DNA of 63,994 nucleotides, the filler included, from Asterionella formosa (Eukaryota), in the NCBI GenBank assembly GCA_002256025.1. It is 21 parts of 21 records of this genome, joined end to end, with 100 filler letters (N's around TTAATTAATTAA, not from the genome) between each part and the next. Parts side by side here need not be neighbours in the genome. Positions count along the whole stretch, not along the records: positions 36,698 to 39,646 come from NKIB01014622.1; positions 39,747 to 42,694 come from NKIB01014623.1; positions 42,795 to 45,739 come from NKIB01014624.1; positions 45,840 to 48,786 come from NKIB01014625.1; positions 48,887 to 51,830 come from NKIB01014627.1; 16 more parts are not named here. One strand, given 5' to 3'. Shown here piece after piece: positions 37,880 to 49,288 of this stretch. The notes beneath the pieces were generated by a model. It was not told the origin of the DNA, made no database searches, and saw only the letters and a list, made by a program, of their open reading frames with translations. Every line of letters begins with the position of its first letter. Position 1 is the first letter of the stretch. Position numbers and translations under genes: made by a program.

Positions 37880-39240
37880 ATCATGTAAGTAACACGAGTA
37901 AACCACAGAAGGACTTCCCACAAATGCTCATGCCACTGGACATCAATGTCCTTGACTCTGCTGGGCTGCCCATTGACCACTCTCCATTTACACTGATAGA
38001 ACCTGATGAAGTTCCCCCATAAAAGTAGCAGCCCCCTTCCTCATATTGTGCATGCTGATGTTGTTTGATTCAATGCCTTATTCAAATAGCTGTCCTTTCT
38101 TGGCTTCTGCTTTAAAATAGACGAAAATCTCTCAAATTGATTGTGACCACCAGCCAGGGAATAAGCAACTATTTCCTTTAGCAACATTATTAAATCTTCC
38201 CAAGTACCCACTCATTTGGATTTGCTTGACTCCCTTTCTGATCTGTCTTGGTTTTTGCCAAGTATTTACGCAGAGCATCATCAGTCCACTCCATATGTGA
38301 TAAGCAGATTTGTCTTGTGTTATTGACTCTGTAAATGAAATTCCAAGTAAAGGCCAGGAATAGGTGACCCCAAATGCCATCAACAGTTCCTAACTCAATG
38401 AACCAAGTAGGGGAATGGTTTAATTGTTTAGCACACCTCATGAGGTAGCGGGTTCGATTCCTGCATTCTCCACCTGTTTTTCTTTTATCTAGTCTCTAGG
38501 GTTCTGGGGGTGAGGCTGACGAAGAGACAGGTAATGTTGTATCATATGGATGAATGAAACTGGTTCTAATTGTTACCATTTAAGTGGGCACAACTGCGAA
38601 TATTGGATAGCTTTTACATACTATAAAAATTTAATTAACTTTAACTCAATGAACCAAGTACAAAGGAGGTGACATAGTTGATTGTTCATGGGGTAATTAC
38701 CCTCAAAAAACTCTCCTAACCCATAATGATTCTATACTGCAATTATCTGATAAAAACCAAGCAAAAGGTTGCTAAGTTCCTGCTCAAAATCAACTGTGAA
38801 GCCTGTGCTATTATGTAGCCTAAATAAGTTGAATAGATCTGATCACTTATTCCCATAGTAGCTCTTGGAAAGCCAATCTTGTGTCCAAGAATGGCGAAGG
38901 CTCTGGAGATATACCAAATACCTTGCTGGAGTGATTGCAGAGAGCATCATGATGGCTTGCTCTGCAGCATGCTGAATCAATTCAACTAAACCGTTTTTAA
39001 CAAGGTTTTTTTTTTCCCTTGTACCTATACCTGCTGCCTCCATCTTGGGAAGAATCATCTTGTTCTGGGCATATGCTGTAAACCATCCTGGTTTGTGTTC
39101 AACACACCAGCAAAAAGAGGCCGAACTGTCAGAATTGTATGCCCAGCATGTACCATTGTCCATCATCATCTGCTCATTGAATTCCTGTAAAGGAATGCCA
39201 TGAGGATGAAGAGGGACATCTGGCATCATGATGGTGAGCA
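37880..39240 (-). mobile_element. Crypton (CryptonS-like) tyrosine recombinase pseudogene, interrupted by a SINE-like insertion
   Basis: HLFLAFTWNFIYRVNNTRQICLSHMEWTDDALRKYLAKTKTDQKG, LFPG, SMHNMRKGAATF (HxxR) and WSMG motifs. Multiple frameshifts. Confidence 0.8.
38410..38641 (+). mobile_element. tRNA-Ala-headed SINE-like retroposon, 232 bp, 19-bp TSD
   Basis: TAACTCAATGAACCAAGTA duplicated exactly at 38391-38409 and 38642-38660. Head GGGGAAT...GAGGTAGCGGGTTCGATTCCTGCATTCTCCA (38410-38472). AT-rich 3' tail. Confidence 0.85.
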
Positions 39241-39979
39241 TGAATGGAAGAGGATGCAACCAAGAATGTGCAAATGAGCTGTAAATCTGATAATGAATGT
39301 GCACGCAAAAATTATAGTAGTTATTACAATAATTATTATGTACCTATACTTGTATTCAGAGAAATGGTATATGTCATACGTTAGAGTGATGTTGGGTGGT
39401 GCAATTCTAAATAATAGTTGCAGCCATGTATGTATCACATTTGTACTGACAAAAAAGGCACATTTTCGCTCTATCAAGATTCCATTTAAAAAATTAGCCT
39501 TCAGTAGAGAGTTACTGCTAGCTAGTACTAGATTTTTACCGGACAATCGTCCGGTATAACGCCGTGAAGGTGATCTTCACTAAACTTCAACCGAAAATCA
39601 CTAGCTTCACCGAGTTCGTTTTGATGAACAACAGTTCGATCATTTTNNNNNNNNNNNNNNNNNNNNNNNNNNNNNNNNNNNNNNNNNNNNTTAATTAATT
39701 AANNNNNNNNNNNNNNNNNNNNNNNNNNNNNNNNNNNNNNNNNNNNGGTACCCTGGTACCCTGGTAAGGTAATGTGCAAGGTCCAGTTTTAGTAAACAAA
39801 TACGTCACATCGCTATTATTATGGTAATTAAATAATATAAACTATTAATGATCACTTGTTACTGTATAATAGCGCAAACATGTGCACAACTTTTTGTAAA
39901 TCAGTTTTGCCTTCACTCCCATTATGGTAGAATTGATCGACCAACAGAACCCTTTCCTACTTCATACATTCGTTTTGCA

Positions 39980-40249
39980 ATGATTGTTTCACTGGATTGG
40001 TCTAGAGCCCTACATTTAATTCTCCTCGTGGGATTGACGTTTGCTGGCGGACAGATTTTGATTCAAAAGTTTGATTGGACCAACTTGGCCGCCTACGCAT
40101 GCGCCTGTTCTGTCGTTTGTCAGGCGAGCAATGCTGTCTTGAAAATATCAAATGGAAGCCAATTGAGCCAAGAACACGAGAAGCATCAAAAATCAGAGAG
40201 AAAACTAATAAAAGCGAAGAAAACCGGAAATCAAAAACATAAAACGTAG
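39980..40249 (+). CDS. Hypothetical small membrane protein (89 aa, two hydrophobic segments, Lys-rich tail)
   Basis: ORF composition only, no recognised family. Confidence 0.4.
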   Translation: MIVSLDWSRALHLILLVGLTFAGGQILIQKFDWTNLAAYACACSVVCQASNAVLKISNGSQLSQEHEKHQKSERKLIKAKKTGNQKHKT

Positions 40250-41014
40250 CCCCTGAGTTGGGAAGGCGTCCATTGTTGCTTCATGTATAAAAGTGAGTGG
40301 AGCCACAGGCGGAATTCAATCTAATGGCGGTGATATACATTTATGTGTCACCTGACAAGTTAGTTTGATATGTGGGTTACATCTTATCATATTACAAAAC
40401 TGTAGTCTGCGTTTGAAATCGCGTCAGCAGCTATATTTTGCCCCTTGGGAAGATATTCCCGTCTGCGCCCAACGTAATGGAATGTCATTAAAAATATATA
40501 TTGAAAAGGCTCACTTCAAATGGAGTTCGGGAGAAACTGTCGATGAGTTGATCAATTCACAGCAGTGCTAGGGAAACAGCATTTCGTAGTTGCATTCAGA
40601 GTATCTAAAGCTATACACAGCCAAGAGAGATTATATTTACTGATTGATACCTAGGCGATATATATTTCCTAAATCGGAGTAAGAATCAACCTCTGTTTAA
40701 GCCTATTGATGTAAGACTATTAATTTTTAGCACTCAACAACAACGTGAAACCTGCACACAGACCATTCTTGTTGATTCGCCATTTTGAGTTCTTGTTCTC
40801 ACATATCATATCAATGCTGTGACGATTTTGGCATGATGGTATGGCATAGTTAAAAGCGTGGTGATTTAAAGCACGATATTGTATGCAATCTTAATTATGG
40901 TACTAATTAAGCACATTGGGGTTCAAGGAGTACTCATGGCGGTTTCAGGTGGTTGCATATCTATTTAGGAGCGGTTAATTCGGTTGCTGCAACACAGGGA
41001 AAAGGCGGAGACAT

Positions 41015-41760
41015 TCAGTGGAACAAGCCATCACGACCTTTGAAACATTTTTTGTCGTGGAGGTTGTCAGTTCCAAAGGAAAAGGCTGCTCCATTATTCA
41101 CTGGAGAAGTATAACGCAGTTGAGAAGGACATTGGATTTCACGGTCGGGAGTCGTTCGATGGGCGACAGGCCGCCTGAGCTCTGAAATGGAAGAACTGCT
41201 GAGACCGGCGAACAAAGAGAATTTTTATTGACCGCAAGAAGGTTAGCTTCGTGGATGGACATCACATAGTGTTGAAGGGATTGGAAATTGGCCAACATTA
41301 TCAGGTGAAAATTTTCGACTTTCGAAAGGTTCGCATTTGAAGCTTTGTAGTGCGACTATGTCGTCGTCGAACGAGTCTTCAGAGTAGTCATCTGTGTATG
41401 GGTCGGGATGACCAGTACTTACGCTGATGAATAAAGCGGGTGAGATGCGTGGTTGTAGATGCACTCTTGGTGTCATCCGCCCTCGAGCCAGCTGGATCTG
41501 GTCCGCTCTTGACGACCAAGGGGCCGCCTCATAAAAATCTTCATGGAAGTCGTGACAGGCAAAGTCTTGTTGATCCAGGAATGTAGGTAGATAGATAGCC
41601 AGATTTGTTTTCGAGTCGGACACAGAAAAAGATCTCTCGGCAAGCTCATCACCATTCTCGTTCCAGCAGAGTGGCGGCGATGTTAGTGTTGTTGATGGGT
41701 TCTCAGGTGTTGTACCACCTCTACTTGCGAGGTAAGCGCAATTGCATTGGATTGTGTCAT
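41015..41760 (-). pseudogene. Possible hypothetical-protein remnant split over several frames
   Basis: GC-richer coding-like stretch with Ser/Pro/Asp-rich overlapping ORFs, no continuous frame. Confidence 0.25.
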
Positions 41761-44208
41761 TTCTGACCCACCAAGGACAGGATCAGCTAAGGCTCCGAAG
41801 TTACCTGGATGTGCATTACCATTTGTCGAAACGGTGACATTCGAACATGCGACGCTTTTGGATGGGCTTGCCAAAAGGGGAGATCTTGCTTTCGTGTGAA
41901 GAAGAATGCACCGGTATTGTAGACTACATACTCTACCGGTCGGGGGTAATATGTCAAGTTTCTACCCTCGTGCCCTTGTACCTCGTACTTGGTAATTTTG
42001 ATACATCGTCGGGACCTTGTTTTTGCTTGTACATATGTATGCTTCAAGGAATTGGATAAAATAATTAATTAATTAATGAAGGCAACAGCAACGGCTTGTC
42101 ATCAAATTTCGATACCTGCTACCAGGGTACCGGGACCTGATACCATGATTGGAGAAAAAACAAAATGATTCGCTGATCTGAGTTCGACTTGCACACGTCA
42201 TCATTAGGTAACAACCTGCCAGCCAGCAGCTGCATTATACAGTGGTAAGTAGACACCAAGCTATACATTTAGACAGTACATAGAAGTAGAGACTATCTTA
42301 TGTACCGGTATGAAAATAATGAATGCACCTATACATACCCGCAAATAGTACAGACTAAACGGCAGTTATCTGGTGGTTAGTCTACACTTTTTGTATACTT
42401 TTAGACTCTACTCAATTCCTCTCACGTACCAGGTTCCACGATGCTCCTCAGGTAGCCGTACAAAAGTACACACTCAAGTGTATACTTTCCACTTCAACTA
42501 TCGGGGTGTGCTTTGTGGACGTACAATGTCATTAGCGCAGTACCAGGTAGGAGGTATTTGATATTCTACACCACCAGCCAGCGGCCGTTTTCAATTCCCG
42601 ACTCGATCAACTAGTACTGTACCAGGGTACCTGGTACCGGTATGCTGGTATAGGTACAAATGTATCAGTGCCAACTCCCCTAAACCCTGGTACCNNNNNN
42701 NNNNNNNNNNNNNNNNNNNNNNNNNNNNNNNNNNNNNNTTAATTAATTAANNNNNNNNNNNNNNNNNNNNNNNNNNNNNNNNNNNNNNNNNNNNCATCAC
42801 CTCTGCAGTTCGAATTTGCCTTGAAACCCCTAATAGTCACTTTGTGACGCTATTATTAAGAAAAGAAGCGACATTACTGTTCTTCGGAAACAAAGGAGCT
42901 GGAGAACCATGGTCAAAAAAGAAGAATAGGTTGTAGCGGACGCTCTTGACTTGACAGTTGGCTCTATAGAAGTCCACCACTGTGCCACTTGGAATGGTGA
43001 TTCTATTGGGATCATAGGACATTGAAGGGTAGCACTTGTTCATGTATGTCATCAATGTTCGCGTAGTCAATAGCATGTCGCTTCCAATGTTGAATTTTTG
43101 GTTCATGTAGTGAATGAGGTCGGCCGGAATCCAGCGCCCACGTAGTGATGACTCCGCCATCACCAAAGAAAAATATCGTCCAAACAACTGAAAGTTTGAT
43201 GTCATCTGTTTTGCGGTTTGGTTTCCGATCAGCGCTATGATCACGGTTCTAATACTATATCGCAAAACACAAGGCACTGAAGGGAAGCAAAGGGAACCAA
43301 CCGAGCCCAATCAACATGGTGATGGTTGTAACAACAAGAGATTCATCGCACAAAATATTTAGCTATATTTTTAGAAATAATGGTTTGTACCAGGCCTACT
43401 AGAGCTACTATATGTTCTTCGATCATGCACCCAGCCATAGTGCACTAGTTAACTATCATGATGCACGTACAAAGCATGCACTGTGTTGGAGTTGGCGGTG
43501 CCACCTTTGCTGGTACCAGGTACCAGGTATCAGGTACCTCGTCTTACCAGGGGCGATGCTGTTACAATGCGTGAAGTACCTGGTGTCAGGTACACATAGT
43601 ACATTGGCATGTAGCTCCTACGGGCAAGCGATGAAAGTAGTGGTTCCAACTACTGTAATATACTCACTGCCTGATCAAGGACGGGGTCACACAAAACCTC
43701 GTGGGGAGTAATCCCCCTTTGTGTGATAGACTGGGACTACCTCCAGGTTTAGGTCTATCGGGTACGTAGCTATATGGAGGGACTTCATCTATACGTACGT
43801 TGTGATGTGGGTAGCAGGAGTCGTACGGCGAATGCGATGCTGCAGGAGCATAATAAACCTGCACGGATCCATGCACCAACCGGGAGTAACGCACCCGGAG
43901 GGTACGGAAAGCTATTTTCCAGCAGCAATGGACCACCAGACCCTTATGGAAGAGGCCTAGAGTAATCTAGATCCTGACTGGCTCTCTGTGTAGGGAACGA
44001 ACCTATAACCCGGTTAGTTCCCGAGGGGATTGCCTTGTATCCCCTCCATGGGTGGGGGCTACTATGGAGGAAGCCGGTGAAGGATACCCAAGTGTAACCC
44101 GGACTTGTGGTTACTTGGAAGGGGAAGCACATGGGGACCACCACTGGGCAACCTGGAGAGCTAACTCCATTGTTACCCATACACGCATGGACAACATTCA
44201 AGGGAGGG

Positions 44209-44411
44209 TGCATTGTTCATGACACGACAATCAACCCCTCGGGTGAGGGGGGTCCAAATCCACGGACCCTATCGTATTTTCCATCATGTAGTAGCATCGC
44301 TCGTTCGTTCGTTCGTCCGTTCGTTCGTAAATTTTACAAAGAGGATTGCAATAACAAAACATAAAGGAATAAAGTCCCAAAGTTCACCTGTGTTAATAAA
44401 GCTGGCTAACA
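44209..44411 (+). mobile_element. Putative LTR of the downstream Copia
   Basis: TG follows purine tract AAGGGAGGG. Ends AACA after AATAAA, followed by PBS-like CGTTATC. No second copy in the window to confirm. Confidence 0.35.
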
Positions 44412-44447
44412 CGTTATCTCGAACACACAGGTGAGTACTAGCCCAAT

Positions 44448-45739
44448 ATGGTTCTATCTTTTCGCAACCATGCAGTCCACGCCGATGCAGCCGTGGAAGA
44501 TAATGCCGACAGCATATCTCCCGAGCTCAATCAGATGGTCCTCGATCTTCTCCTAGTCGATCTTATACATGCAGATGACCCCGATGAAGACGGGCATACT
44601 GATGCTGTTGCAATGAGGAAAATCCTCACCACCATGAAAGTGACTGGGATGGACAACCTGCGCAACGTCCTTAACGTTCACCAAATCCAAAGCCCAGCAT
44701 TCATCAATTCAGTCCAACCTGCTCTAGAATGGCTTACTGTCCTAGCTAAGTGGCAGCCCTTGGACACTGAGGAGACACCGGAGGACTTTGATGAGATGAA
44801 ACACGAGGTGGCAGCTCGCTATACCCATGTAGCTCACAACTGGTCTACCCCAGCGGCTCTCGTGCACTGGGGGCCCGGGAACAAATCTGTCCAACGTATC
44901 TTCGCCACACCTGTCCAGCAGCTCAGACAATTTTCCGGCGACCATGGAGATTGGCTGGAATGGAGCCAGCAGAGTATCGGACATTTTGCAACCTCGAACC
45001 TCATCAAGGTAATCAAATCCCGGAACTATGCCCTCAAGAACCCCGACGAAAACGGCCTTGTCTGGGGCATGCTGGTTGCCTCCATCTCGACTACTGCGGT
45101 TGCTAGATTGGCACTCACTACCAAGGAGGAGCATGATGGACATGAAGCTTGGCACAAACTCCGTGGTTATTACGAAGGGGAAGAACTGGTCATTCACTGG
45201 ATTAAAAAGTACAACAAGGTGCTGGACAATCTCCGCCTTACTGAAGGAGGATCTCTACGCGAGTTTCATAATTCGTTCACCGATTGTATGTGTAAACTTA
45301 CACAGTACATGAAAATTGTTACGGAAAAGAAACTCAAAGCAGACGAAATCCCTGACAGTTACAATTGGTGGAAGTTGTACACTGCCAAGTTGACTGACCC
45401 CAAGTATAACACGAAGGACGTCAAGGAAAGTCTCGAGAGGTACAAGGAGGAGGGATACCTTGATGGGATCTACCACCTACTCTTGGGAATGGTGGGACCC
45501 GATGCCGACAATGAGATCTACAGGGGTAGGAAGATTGCTCCCAAGCCCAAGCATGAAACTCATCATGAGGTGCCCAAGAATTCTAAGGAAATGGGGAACG
45601 CAGGCAAGGAAAAAGGGGGACAAACTGAAGATACCCTAAAGGCATTTAAGACCCGGATGTTTAACCAACTCCAGGGAGACGAAGAGTCCTTAAAAATCTT
45701 TAGGGAACTTCTTGAGAAGGACAAGAACACCCTAGGAAA
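44448..45739 (+). mobile_element. Copia-like (CoDi-type) Gag ORF, 3'-truncated
   Basis: FSGDHGDWLEW and DGHEAWHKLRGYYEG...LDNLRL resemble retrotransposon Gag motifs. Open to the contig edge. Confidence 0.7.
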
Positions 45740-46109
45740 NNNNNNNNNNNNNNNNNNNNNNNNNNNNNNNNNNNNNNNNNNNNTTAATTAATTAANNNNN
45801 NNNNNNNNNNNNNNNNNNNNNNNNNNNNNNNNNNNNNNNAGTTCTAGATCATCAGGGGATGCTAGGGCAGCTGCAAATTCAATTGAAACAGCTCATGCAT
45901 CAACCAAGAAAGGTTCGACATTGACTGTAATAGGGTCAAAGTAAACCCAGTAAAAACGCAAGATTTGTGTGTATGATCTATTGTCATCACGGAGGATGCA
46001 TTCATTGCTGCATTGTTTGCTATTTTGTGATATTAATTAAATTTATGTTGACATTTATACATTTTTTAATCTATAGCTTTATACTATACAACACCATTAT
46101 ATATATATA

Positions 46110-46802
46110 CTAATTGAAATCAAACCATACATGTCCGTATTCCAAAAAAAGGATTGGGAGGAGAAACATGTACAATAGGCGGGGATGAACAACCCTGAAA
46201 GGGATTGGGAGGAGAAAAAGATGAAATAGATGGGAAAGGTATACCCTGAAAGGACTTCCCTCAAAGGGATTGGGAGGAGAAAAAGGTGCAATAGGTGGGA
46301 AAGGTCTACCCTGGAAGGTACTAGGAGGAGAAATAGGTGTAATAGATGGGGATGGACTACCTTGGAAGGGATTGGGAGCAGATGCAGAAGGAGGAGAAAA
46401 AATGATGAAGGGAGAATTGCCTTGGACTTGATGCGGAGGAGAAGCGGCAGTAGGGAATGTCAAGCTACTTGGTGAGGGAGCATGGAGTGATGGATAAGCA
46501 GTATTTCCCCCCGTTAAAAGACTGGAAAATGTTGGTCGCTTCGGGTAAGGTGGCGGACGAGGTGACGGCAGGGGAGCAAGAGTACTATCAGGAGAGAAAT
46601 AACCTTTTATCCAAATAGAGAAAGTAGGTATGAACATCAAAAGAAACAATCCAAAAAGGGGACCGGCTTTGGCACGACATCTATCACGAAAGTCCTCAAG
46701 ACAGCTTCTGGGCAAGGTATCACCACCACCTGGCTCTAATTCCAAATCTTTCCCCTGCATGTTACTGGGTGGGTCGTCCGTTTGGGGGTCTTTTTCGTTC
46801 AT
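46110..46802 (-). CDS. Hypothetical protein with one TM segment and Pro/Ser-rich repeats, possibly frameshifted
   Basis: TM LFGLFLLMFIPTFSIWI followed by FSPPNPFQG-type repeats. DNA repeats continue in another frame. Confidence 0.4.
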   Translation of the reverse strand: MNEKDPQTDDPPSNMQGKDLELEPGGGDTLPRSCLEDFRDRCRAKAGPLFGLFLLMFIPTFSIWIKGYFSPDSTLAPLPSPRPPPYPKRPTFSSLLTGGNTAYPSLHAPSPSSLTFPTAASPPHQVQGNSPFIIFSPPSASAPNPFQGSPSPSITPISPPSTFQGRPFPPIAPFSPPNPFEGSPFRVYLSHLFHLFLLPIPFRVVHPRLLYMFLLPILFLEYGHVWFDFN

Positions 46803-47247
46803 TGAAGTGGGCGATATCGAAATAGTTGTAAAAAATAAATTATGCGACTACCGGTATGCGACAGATCATTGTTACTGCCATCAAATAAACAGATCTATAT
46901 TTCCCGTCGAATCGTTACTACCTACCGGTATGTATTTAGAATCTACCGGTGTGTGTGCATTCTTGTTGCTACCTGAAATGGAGTACTTGTGCAGTACCTG
47001 GTACCAGGTACCATACTCTTGATAACTAGTCATGCATGATTGAATCGCTGCGGCTCAAGCAAGGGAGAACCGGTTGTCAGTCTTGGGTTAAGCCCAAGTA
47101 CATACCGGCACACCTGTAGGTACCTTAGTAACATGTGAATGGAGCACCAGCGCAAGATACCACGCAGGATGATGATTTATTTGTTTTTTTGACACAGTTT
47201 GCCTTACCGTTCGTTCTTGGGGTATATATTCTACCCGCACCCTAATA

Positions 47248-47324
47248 CCAGCAAGTTGCGGTCATTTTGCTTAAACTAATATTTTAATCTGGGATGAAGA
47301 AAGCTAAATACCGCAACTTGCAGG
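47248..47324. mobile_element. 77-bp MITE with 15-bp TIRs and TA TSD (Tc1/mariner-type)
   Basis: TA-CCAGCAAGTTGCGGT...ACCGCAACTTGCAGG-TA, TIR match 14 of 15. Related copy at 17549. Confidence 0.8.
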
Positions 47325-48205
47325 TACCGGTCACATGATTTAAAGAATGGTGGAGTTTTATGCCATTATACCTATTTACCTGCCACCGTACCGATTTTCT
47401 TAGTACCAGGTACCCTGGCATGGACCATTGGTACAGATTGGGCAGCCAGACAGACGTGTGGTCCAACCACCGCTAAATATGTTGAAATCAATAATTTTTG
47501 AAGTCGCCGGATCCCAGTACATACAGATATTTGCTTAAAATAAGTATTTCTTGTACATATGTGTATCATAAGGAATAAATGTTTTTACGTATGAATACAT
47601 ACCGGTAGTGTACACAAACTACCGGTATGGGTGTACACGAATCATACATGATGATGGTACCCTGGTACCAGTACTGCTGGCGTGTCTCTATATACAGTAG
47701 TAAGTAGTCTAGCTGGTACCTGCTACTCTCTACATGTGATTATTTGAAGAAGCATCAGCATGAGTGATCGTGAGAGAGTGTATACCGGTGTATACCTGTA
47801 CCTGGTAACAGGTAATACTGGTAGTGGTAGACAACCGGTGGGGATGATTGACTTTGGAGAGTTTACCGCCATTGTCTTCTTACTACTTGCGGAAATTTTG
47901 TATTTCTTAAACAGGCTTGTAGCGTTTCGACATTTTGTAGTACTTGAACCCATTGTAAGTTCCATGATTCTGACATCATTATACATGTATGTGAATGAGA
48001 GAGAAGGAGAGAATGTGAGAGAACGATCAAGAGGAGAAAACGATTGAAAACTGATCCGTTCGTAGAAAGGCACGTGTAGCTATTGCGAGTCGTCGTGTGT
48101 GTTGTGATGCAACGCGTCGTTGGGATGGAGAAGTATATTACCACTATATATGCACCACTCATACTCACTCATTTCTTTGTGATAGACAACCCAAACACAC
48201 TCATC

Positions 48206-48571
48206 ATGAAGCACTTAGCAGCCTACCTCTTGTTGAAACTTGGTGGAACCGAATCACCTACAGCGGATGATATTAAAACAGCACTTGAAAAAGTTGGTGT
48301 TGAAGTAGACGATGATCGTTTATCAACACTCCTGACTGAATTAGAAGGGAAAGACTTGAATGAAGTGATTGCTACTGGTAAAGCATCCTTGGCTAAATTC
48401 GGTGGCGGTGGAGGTGGTGGTGGCGGCGGCGGTGCTGGAGCAGCCGATGCTGGAGGTGCTGCTGCTGAAGTCAAGGAGGAAGTCAAGGAAGAAGAAGAAG
48501 AAATGGACCTTGGGGGTGGTATGGATATGTTTGGTGGAGATGAAGGAGGTGGTGGAGGTGGCGACTATTAG
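48206..48571 (+). CDS. RPLP2: 60S acidic ribosomal protein P2
   Basis: [31 protein letters not shown]...[14 protein letters not shown], Gly/Ala hinge, acidic tail. Start is the ATG at 48206. Confidence 0.97.
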   Translation: MKHLAAYLLLKLGGTESPTADDIKTALEKVGVEVDDDRLSTLLTELEGKDLNEVIATGKASLAKFGGGGGGGGGGGAGAADAGGAAAEVKEEVKEEEEEMDLGGGMDMFGGDEGGGGGGDY

Positions 48572-49288
48572 ACAACAACTACTAATAAGTAACAACCCAC
48601 GCATGAATGGCTCTTTCTCCATGCTCTGGTTCCGTTTATTGGGGTTTGCTATATGTATACACAGTATAGTAACTGCTTGTAGTAAATAGTCAGGTAGACT
48701 ACTGGCACTCTTACTATTCTTGGCATGAGGATTTACCATCACCCCATGAAAGTCTGATCTTGATTAACTGGCTCCAAAATGTAATCNNNNNNNNNNNNNN
48801 NNNNNNNNNNNNNNNNNNNNNNNNNNNNNNTTAATTAATTAANNNNNNNNNNNNNNNNNNNNNNNNNNNNNNNNNNNNNNNNNNNNTATATAGTGGAATT
48901 GCCATCAACACTTTACAGAAAACCATCATTTTCTGCCTTCGTGTGGTTCATCCTACTCTCATCCAATTTCAGCAGTGAATTTTCCTAAAGTGAATGGCAG
49001 TCAATTGAGGGGCTGTTGATATTGGTAATCTATTTCCCTTAAATAAATGGCAGTCAATTTTGGAAACAAAATCTAGGGGCTGTTGAAAATATTGAAGGTA
49101 GTTTGGCACTCAAAAAACGGAGCATATATAATATTCAAAATATGTTTATTATGAAGGGCAATTGCAGGATTGAGTATCAGTAATCAAAAAACTTGAACAT
49201 ATGAAATACACAAAATATGTTTTACATGAAGGGCAATTGGCTAGTTCGCATCAGCATACAAACTATCTAAAATAGGTTTTCGAAGCTA

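Noticed and set aside
42837..43310. 157-aa ORF at a contig start
   Set aside because: Non-ATG start and no recognisable motif. It may be a TE fragment but cannot be supported.
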